The notes under the pieces were generated by a model, which was not told the origin of the DNA, did not search any database, and saw only the letters and a list, made by a program, of their open reading frames with translations. The position numbers were made by a program, and so were the translations under genes. A stretch of 64,000 bases of DNA from an uncultured Caulobacteraceae bacterium (GTDB lineage: Bacteria > Pseudomonadota > Alphaproteobacteria > Caulobacterales > Caulobacteraceae). The DNA is taken from contig CAXTHJ010000004.1 in assembly GCA_964243985.1 (NCBI GenBank), forward strand, positions 26,066-90,065. The letters are read 5' to 3'. Below, piece after piece: positions 58,489 through 64,000 of this stretch (position 1 is the first letter of the stretch; the number at the start of each line of letters is the position of its first letter).

Positions 58489-58782
58489 GCGCCTTTCTGC
58501 GACATGGTGCGGGCCGAGTGCTTGAACACCGCGTGGTTCATGTCCCGCGACGACGCGCGCTCAAAATGCGAGACTTGGCGTAGAGACTATAACGAAGAGC
58601 GTCCCCATAGCGCGATCGGCGATAAGTGCCCAATCGAGCTGATGAACGGCGTCGGGCCATATGGCCCGCCCGACGCCTAACCGGCGGGAAGTTCTGGCGC
58701 AGGCCGGTCCAAGGTTGGGGTCAAGGTCAAACAATGGGCCGGACTCTACTTATTTTTGGAGGATTTTCAGGGGGTCAGGTCA
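58489..58782 (+). mobile_element. Remnant of an IS3-family insertion sequence (C-terminal about 60 codons of the DDE/rve transposase plus a possible right end)
   Basis: ..VRAECLNTAWFMSRDDARSKCETWRRDYNEERPHSAIGDKCPIEL matches the conserved C-terminus of IS3-family OrfB (RDECLN..WF.SL.dA...ie.WR.dYN..RPHSalG..tP.E). Everything upstream of about 58489 is unrelated AT-rich sequence. The downstream GGGGGTCAGGTCA (ends 58782) may be the terminal inverted repeat, but this is not verified. Confidence 0.65.
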
Positions 58783-59192
58783 ACGCGTTTATCGACCTTC
58801 AGTGTCGAGCGGCCTGGAAGGAGGACTCCGTTAGCGGCGTGATTGCCGTCCAAGAGAGACCCCTCGTTCTGACGTTTTAGCGCGGCTGTCGTTGACCTCA
58901 CCAGACCATCGAGTAATGTCAACGGCGAAACTATTGAGAGGAAGCCGGATGAACTTTCCATCAACAGTAAATCTGGCTCCCGACGCAACTCGCTTCAGCA
59001 CCTTTTTCGCTCCAAAATATGGATTCTTACTGCCTTGTCGACCACATTAAGCCCGGAGCTACTTCGGTCGAGCAGAAATGGGGTAATGGAAGGCTCGCCC
59101 TCTCCTAAGGTCTATGTCACGTCATCACAATAGATGCTGACGTCGCAATCGAACAAGTTTTGCCTCAACATTAACTGCTCAGGGCTCAAGAA

Positions 59193-59819
59193 ATGCCAAC
59201 GCGTGGCAAAAACTCGAAGACTGTCAAGCGTATAAGTAGAGCTGAGCGAGATAGAATCACCCTCGAAAAAATAGCGGAACTGTGTGGTCCGCCTCCGATC
59301 ACGCCAATCGAGCCGCCTTTAGAGTACAATCGCCTGATCCTTAGATTCATTCGCGAAATAAAGCCGACTGATGTGGTGGAATGGATTTGGATTAAAGATA
59401 TTGTTGATTTAATATGGGAGTCTCGGCGTCTCAGGAAAGTGGAAACTTTACTAATAACGATGTCGGTGCCCGGGGCGTTACAGGACATCATTACGGACGC
59501 AAGTCGATCTGACCCCAAAGCCCTTCCGGAAAAATCAGCCGAGATGATTGCTTATCGATATTTACAGTCGGACCCTAAGTCAGCCGAAATAGTAGATTTA
59601 TCTTTCGCAAGATTGAGAATTGATACTTCTCAGCTGGAAGCGCGAGCTTACCTAGTGGCGCTAAAGGACATCGAGCGGATTGAGAGATTGATTGCGATCT
59701 GCGACCGTCGCCGCGACGATATGATCCGTGAAATCTATCGCCGCCGAGAATCGCTTGGTAGGATTTTTAAAAAGACTATGGACGCGGTGGATGCCGAGTT
59801 TTCCGATCTCAGCAGCTAA
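59193..59819 (+). CDS. Hypothetical protein
   Basis: 208 aa ORF, helical and charged (..EWIWIKDIVDLIWESRRLRKVE..). No family I can name. Confidence 0.4.
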   Translation: MPTRGKNSKTVKRISRAERDRITLEKIAELCGPPPITPIEPPLEYNRLILRFIREIKPTDVVEWIWIKDIVDLIWESRRLRKVETLLITMSVPGALQDIITDASRSDPKALPEKSAEMIAYRYLQSDPKSAEIVDLSFARLRIDTSQLEARAYLVALKDIERIERLIAICDRRRDDMIREIYRRRESLGRIFKKTMDAVDAEFSDLSS

Positions 59820-60168
59820 GCTGAACGCGAATAAATGCAACTCGCTTAAAAGTACGGGACCGAAAACCCCCGACGGCAAGGAAAGGTCGAGCTTAAATTC
59901 GATCCAGCATGGGCTTCACAGTCGGGAGAGCATCGCTAGGGCAAGAGAAATCGGCGAAAAGATCGCCTCGCAATTTGTGAATTTTTCTCGAGAGGATGCC
60001 ATCGAGCTCGCGTTTTTCTTCGTTAGATTGTCAGATGTACGTTCCTTGAAAATGTCTTGGACCGAAGTGATTCGTGCTTCACGCTACTGCTTAGGCGACG
60101 TTCCCGATGACAGTCACCTCTGCGTCAGAGATGACGCTATCGCCCGCATTGAGCGTCTAGATAGCTAA
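59791..60168 (+). CDS. Hypothetical protein (N-terminal ..NSLKSTGPKTPDGKERSSLNSIQHGL.. motif)
   Basis: From the internal ATG of track ORF 59728..60168. The motif resembles uncharacterised proteins with N-terminal (N..KSTGPrT.eGKa.Ss.Na.kHGl) that I recall but cannot verify. Overlaps the previous ORF by 29 nt. Confidence 0.4.
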   Translation: MPSFPISAAKLNANKCNSLKSTGPKTPDGKERSSLNSIQHGLHSRESIARAREIGEKIASQFVNFSREDAIELAFFFVRLSDVRSLKMSWTEVIRASRYCLGDVPDDSHLCVRDDAIARIERLDS

Positions 60169-60262
60169 GAAAGACGCATCAGGTCGAAACTAAAAAAATT
60201 ATGTATGCGCAACAGGAGTTAGGACCATTACTTGTTATTTACTTGGCGATAGCAATAAAAAT

Positions 60263-60301
60263 ATTGTGATATAAGACTTTATCTCAACTAATTGTGATAT
60301 A
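60263..60301. repeat. 11-bp direct repeat ATTGTGATATA x2 (28-bp period) in an AT-rich non-coding stretch
   Basis: Exact copies at 60263-60273 and 60291-60301, about 0.6 kb from the tRNA-Lys 3' end. Confidence 0.5.
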
Positions 60302-60908
60302 GCGCCGAATTCCTCATTGGCTTTCTGGTGTGTCTTGCTGATTTCATTAAATTTTGCGTAACGCCTAACTGGGGGATGATGCAATACTCAGATGACGACC
60401 ACGAATTGCTGTTCAAATTTGGCAAAACGAAGCCAAATCGCACGTCGAAAATCTTCATCTTCATCATTAGCGCTAGCTAAGGCAGAAAATTGGGCGACAG
60501 TGTAAGCGCCACCACGTCACATGGCAGTATGAATTGATTGTGGAGCCCGTGTTAGTTAGCGAGCGCATCACGTTTCATTTTAATGTGAAATTGTATTGCC
60601 TTTAAAGTTCTCGTTTATGCTTTTGCGATGCTCAATCTAAAGACTTTAGTTTAGTTGATGCCGATGCAATGAATGGGGACGTTATGAGCGGTTTCGGCGA
60701 TAAATACTTGGAGATTTACGTCCGAACTGCCCCTTGTATACGACCAAGACGAGCAAAAGTCTAAGAACGTCTTAAGCGGTGCCACGTCATGAGGAATGTG
60801 TGGTGGTTAGTATAAAGTCTGCGGTGACTGTTCCATGTCACCCTTGAAATTATGGTCGCCATCTTCTTCGAAGAGCTTCCTGAAGCGGAACTCCTTGAAA
60901 TCCAGGAA

Positions 60909-60983
60909 TGGTAGGCCGGGTGGGGGTCGAACCCACGACCACTCGATTAAAAGTCGGGTGCTCTACCACTGAGCTACCGGCCC
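60909..60983 (-). tRNA. tRNA-Lys (anticodon UUU)
   Basis: Minus strand GGGCCGG-TA-GCTC-AGTGGTA-GAGC-A-CCCGA-CTTTTAA-TCGAG-TGGTC-GTGGG-TTCGACC-CCCAC-CCGGCCT-A-CCA. It folds as a cloverleaf with one C-A mismatch in the anticodon stem. The anticodon loop CUUUUAA gives UUU, and CCA is encoded. Confidence 0.9.
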
Positions 60984-61118
60984 CTGATGCGCGCGCGCAC
61001 CGCTGTCTAGCCGCAACCCTCGCTGGGCTCAACACTGCTTCTCGGACGGCGGCTCGAAAGTTTGCTGGCGGGGTTTTGCGAGGGGCTCTATGATCCGTCG
61101 GCCGAATGGAGCGTGCGC

Positions 61119-61847
61119 ATGGTTGTAAGGATCGCTGCTGATCGAGTTGCTTCGGGTCTGATCGTGATCGGCGCCGCGGGCGCGCTCTGCGGCTGCGCCT
61201 TGCCGCGGATGCCGAATCCCGATTTCGCCGGCGCCACGCACGCGGCGCACAATGGCGCGGACGCCGTGAGCCAGGGCGCCGAAGAGCGCCTCCCGGGCGT
61301 GAACGATGCGGTGAAGGCGCCGCTCCGCGACTTGAATCTCAACAGCGACAATGTGCCGATCATTCTGGTTCGCGCCTATGGCAAGCCCTACGACACGGTG
61401 GGGCTGGACTCATGCCAGGGCATTTTAGACCAGGTGTCGGCCCTGGACCTCGCCCTTGGGCCGGACGTGGATATCCCGCGCGGCCAGAGCAAGGAGGACG
61501 ACATGTTCGCCAAGGGCCGCAGCTTTGCCGGCGATGCCGCGCTGGATGCGGTGCGCTCGGCCACCACGGGCGTGATCCCGGTGCGAAGCTGGGTCCGCCG
61601 CCTTTCCGGCGCCAATCGGGCGGAGCAGGAAGCCAAGGCGATCGTTCTGGCCGGTTCGGTCCGGCGCGGCTTCCTGAAGGCTGTGGGTCTGCAGCAACAT
61701 TGCGATTGGCCCGCCGCGCCGCTGGATCTGCGCAAGACGGCTTTGAAGGTCCGCAACCTCAATCCGGCGGAAAAGACTGCGCTTGGCGGCGTGCCGGCCG
61801 ATACCGCCGCCGCCGGAACCGTCCCACCCAACGCCACCAACCGCTAG
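61119..61847 (+). CDS. Hypothetical probable lipoprotein
   Basis: From ATG 61119: [29 protein letters not shown], signal plus lipobox-like LCGC. No family recognised. Confidence 0.55.
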   Translation: MVVRIAADRVASGLIVIGAAGALCGCALPRMPNPDFAGATHAAHNGADAVSQGAEERLPGVNDAVKAPLRDLNLNSDNVPIILVRAYGKPYDTVGLDSCQGILDQVSALDLALGPDVDIPRGQSKEDDMFAKGRSFAGDAALDAVRSATTGVIPVRSWVRRLSGANRAEQEAKAIVLAGSVRRGFLKAVGLQQHCDWPAAPLDLRKTALKVRNLNPAEKTALGGVPADTAAAGTVPPNATNR

Positions 61848-62989
61848 GCGTTCTCCTCCTCACCAAGGTGGCGGGCGCGAAAGTCCCGGCGAAAAGCGTC
61901 CAACCCGCCAGACGCAATGGCGTCTCGAAGGGCCTGCATCAGGGCTTGGAAAAAGGCGATGTTATGCCAGGACAGGAGCACCTGGCCGAGGATTTCTCCC
62001 GAGCGGATGAGATGGTGCAGGTACGCCTTTGAATAATCGCGGCTTGCAGGACAATCACTCAAGCTGTCAAGCGGCGCCTCGTCCTCCGCGAAGCGGGCGT
62101 TCTTGACGTTGATCGGACCGGCCCAAGTCCAGGCCTGGCCGTGGCGGCCGGAGCGGGTGGGCAGGACGCAGTCGAACATATCGACGCCCCGCGCCACCGC
62201 TTCCACAAGGTCGATGGGCTTGCCGACGCCCATCAGGTAGCGCGGCCGGTCGGCGGGCAGCATGGGCGCTGCAAAATCCAGGGTGTCGCACATGGCCTGG
62301 TGACCTTCGCCCACGGCAAGGCCGCCGATGGCGTAGCCGTCGAAGCCGATCTCGATCAGGCGCTCGGCCGATTCGCGACGGAGGTGCGGGTAGGTCGAGC
62401 CCTGCTGGATGCCGAACAGCGCTTGCGTCTCCCGCGCGCCGAACGCCCCCTTGGATCGCGCCCCCCAACGGATCGAAAGCTCCATCGCCGCCTTCGCCGC
62501 GGCCTCCTCCGCCGGCCAGGAGACGCATTGGTCGAGTTGCATGACGATATCGGAGCCGAGCAGGTCGGCCTGGATTTCGATGGATCGCTCGGGCGAGAGG
62601 ATGTGGCGCGAGCCGTCCAGATGGCTTTGAAACGTCACCGCCTCTTCCGTCACTTTGGAGATTTGGCCGAGGGACATCACCTGGAAACCGCCCGAGTCGG
62701 TCAGGATCGGTCCATCCCAGCGCATGAATTTGTGCAGACCGCCAAGCCGCGCCACCCGTTCGGCGCCTGGCCGCAGCATCAGGTGATAAGTGTTGCCAAG
62801 GATGATGTCCGCGCCGGCGCCGCGCACCTGATCCACCGTCAGCGCCTTTACCGTCCCGGCAGTACCTACCGGCATGAAAGCAGGCGTGCGGATATCGCCG
62901 CGGGGCGTCTTCAAAACGCCCGTCCGAGCGGCTCCGTCCGCCGCCGCGATCTCAAAGGGAAAGGCGCTCACGCCGCCGCCCGAAACCAC
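61844..62989 (-). CDS. tgt: Queuine tRNA-ribosyltransferase
   Basis: [30 protein letters not shown].., [36 protein letters not shown]. Confidence 0.95.
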   Translation of the reverse strand: MVSGGGVSAFPFEIAAADGAARTGVLKTPRGDIRTPAFMPVGTAGTVKALTVDQVRGAGADIILGNTYHLMLRPGAERVARLGGLHKFMRWDGPILTDSGGFQVMSLGQISKVTEEAVTFQSHLDGSRHILSPERSIEIQADLLGSDIVMQLDQCVSWPAEEAAAKAAMELSIRWGARSKGAFGARETQALFGIQQGSTYPHLRRESAERLIEIGFDGYAIGGLAVGEGHQAMCDTLDFAAPMLPADRPRYLMGVGKPIDLVEAVARGVDMFDCVLPTRSGRHGQAWTWAGPINVKNARFAEDEAPLDSLSDCPASRDYSKAYLHHLIRSGEILGQVLLSWHNIAFFQALMQALRDAIASGGLDAFRRDFRARHLGEEENA

Positions 62990-64000
62990 AGCCCGGCGTC
63001 GCCGTAGGAATAGAAGCGGTATCCGGCGGTGATGGCGTGATCGTAGGCGTCTCGCGCCGTCTTCAGGCCGGCGAAGGCCGACACCAGCATCAAGAGGGTG
63101 GATTTGGGTAGATGGAAATTGGTCATGAGACTGTCGGCTGCCTTGAAGCGGTAGCCGGGGGTGATGAAGATGTCGGTCTCGCCGGTAAACGGCTTCACTG
63201 TTCCATCTGGATCAGTAGCGGATTCCAAAAGGCGCAGGGATGTGGTGCCGACGCAAACGATCCGTCCGCCGGCGCGGCGTGCGGCGTTGAGAGCGGCGGC
63301 TGTTTCTACGGAGAGTTCACCGGTTTCCGCGTGCATCTTGTGATCGGCGATCTCGTCCACCTTCACCGGCAGAAATGTGCCCGCGCCCACGTGGAGGGTG
63401 ACGAAGGTCTGCGCCACGCCTTTAGCTTTCAGCGCCGCCAGAAGCTTGGATGTGAAATGAAGCCCGGCCGTGGGCGCCGCCACCGATCCGTCTGCGCGGG
63501 CGTAGATGGTCTGATAATCCTGCCGGTCCTGATCGTCCTCGTGACGCAGCGCGGCGATATAAGGGGGGAGGGGCATGATGCCGGTGGCCGTGATGGCTTC
63601 GTCCAACTTCGGACCGGAAAGATCAAAGGCGAGGGTGATCTGGCCGTCTTCGGCCTTGGCTTCGACGGCGGCCCATAACGATCGTCCCGCTTCAGGGAGC
63701 GACGAGAAGACCACCCGGTCTCCTGCGCGCAGGCGCTTGCCGGGCCTCATCAGCGCTGACCATCGGTCGGGGGACAGCCGCTTCAGCAAGGTGGCTTGGA
63801 CAGGAACTATGAACCCACCCCTGTCGCGAACGCCCGAAAGACGCGCCGGGATGACCTTGGTGTCGTTGAAGACCAGAATGTCACCAGCGCGCAAAAGATC
63901 CGGTAAGTTCGAGACCCGCCGATCCGCCAAAGCGCCGTCGGCGGCCACGGTCAAGAGCCGTGCGGAGTCTCGAGGCACGACTGGGCGCAGCGCGATAAGC
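62968..64000 (-). CDS. queA: S-adenosylmethionine:tRNA ribosyltransferase-isomerase (5' end beyond the right edge)
   Basis: [14 protein letters not shown].., [43 protein letters not shown]. The frame stays open upstream of the track start (GTG 63978) to the window end (..[11 protein letters not shown]..), so the N-terminus is outside the window. Confidence 0.9.
   Translation of the reverse strand, partial: LIALRPVVPRDSARLLTVAADGALADRRVSNLPDLLRAGDILVFNDTKVIPARLSGVRDRGGFIVPVQATLLKRLSPDRWSALMRPGKRLRAGDRVVFSSLPEAGRSLWAAVEAKAEDGQITLAFDLSGPKLDEAITATGIMPLPPYIAALRHEDDQDRQDYQTIYARADGSVAAPTAGLHFTSKLLAALKAKGVAQTFVTLHVGAGTFLPVKVDEIADHKMHAETGELSVETAAALNAARRAGGRIVCVGTTSLRLLESATDPDGTVKPFTGETDIFITPGYRFKAADSLMTNFHLPKSTLLMLVSAFAGLKTARDAYDHAITAGYRFYSYGDAGLWFRAAA

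Noticed and set aside
58681-59192. Integrase or excisionase remnant between the IS stump and the orphan ORFs (including ORF 58767..58988)
   Set aside because: None of the frames I read showed tyrosine-recombinase motifs (R..HxxR..Y). The single ORF has no features, so there is nothing I can support.
60330-60478. 59-aa minus-strand ORF (MMKMKIFDVRFGFVLPNL..) in the AT-rich tRNA-proximal spacer
   Set aside because: It has no recognisable Shine-Dalgarno sequence or family features. In AT-rich DNA an ORF of this size is expected by chance.

Overview
High-GC alphaproteobacterial chromosome segment; the Caulobacterales-like assignment is only an inference from gene order and protein sequences. It has three parts. 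(1) 1-30.2 kb is housekeeping: a partial cysteine-synthase-family gene missing from the ORF track, a hybrid histidine kinase, a GH130/porin pair, uvrD, aat-accC-accB-aroQ, thiS, rsuA-like and rsmC-like genes, prfB with its programmed +1 frameshift, mrcA, an amiC-type amidase, rne, an M48 protease, a DsbA-family gene and thiG. (2) About 30.2-60.9 kb is a compositionally mosaic accessory block that ends at the 3' end of a tRNA-Lys(UUU) gene. It carries a Wzx/Wzy-type polysaccharide locus: 7 glycosyltransferases, a flippase, two Wzy/WaaL-family proteins, a BY-kinase co-polymerase, two acyltransferases (one frameshifted), an SDR epimerase, an FAD oxidoreductase, a Tat-signal beta-helix protein and an outer-membrane barrel. 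It also holds orphan ORFs and an IS3-family transposase remnant. I recognised no integrase, Wza-type exporter or priming phosphoglycosyl transferase. (3) 60.9-64 kb returns to core genes: tRNA-Lys, a lipoprotein, tgt and partial queA. No rRNA or CRISPR array was seen. The signals most worth a second look are the island itself and its odd members, a palindromic 8-mer repeat array between thiS and the rsuA-like gene, a translationally coupled CcdA-like/DUF4169 mini-operon, a low-GC methyltransferase inserted between prfB and mrcA, and a nested inverted repeat upstream of the porin gene. All family assignments rest on motifs read by eye and recalled family consensus; no searches were run.
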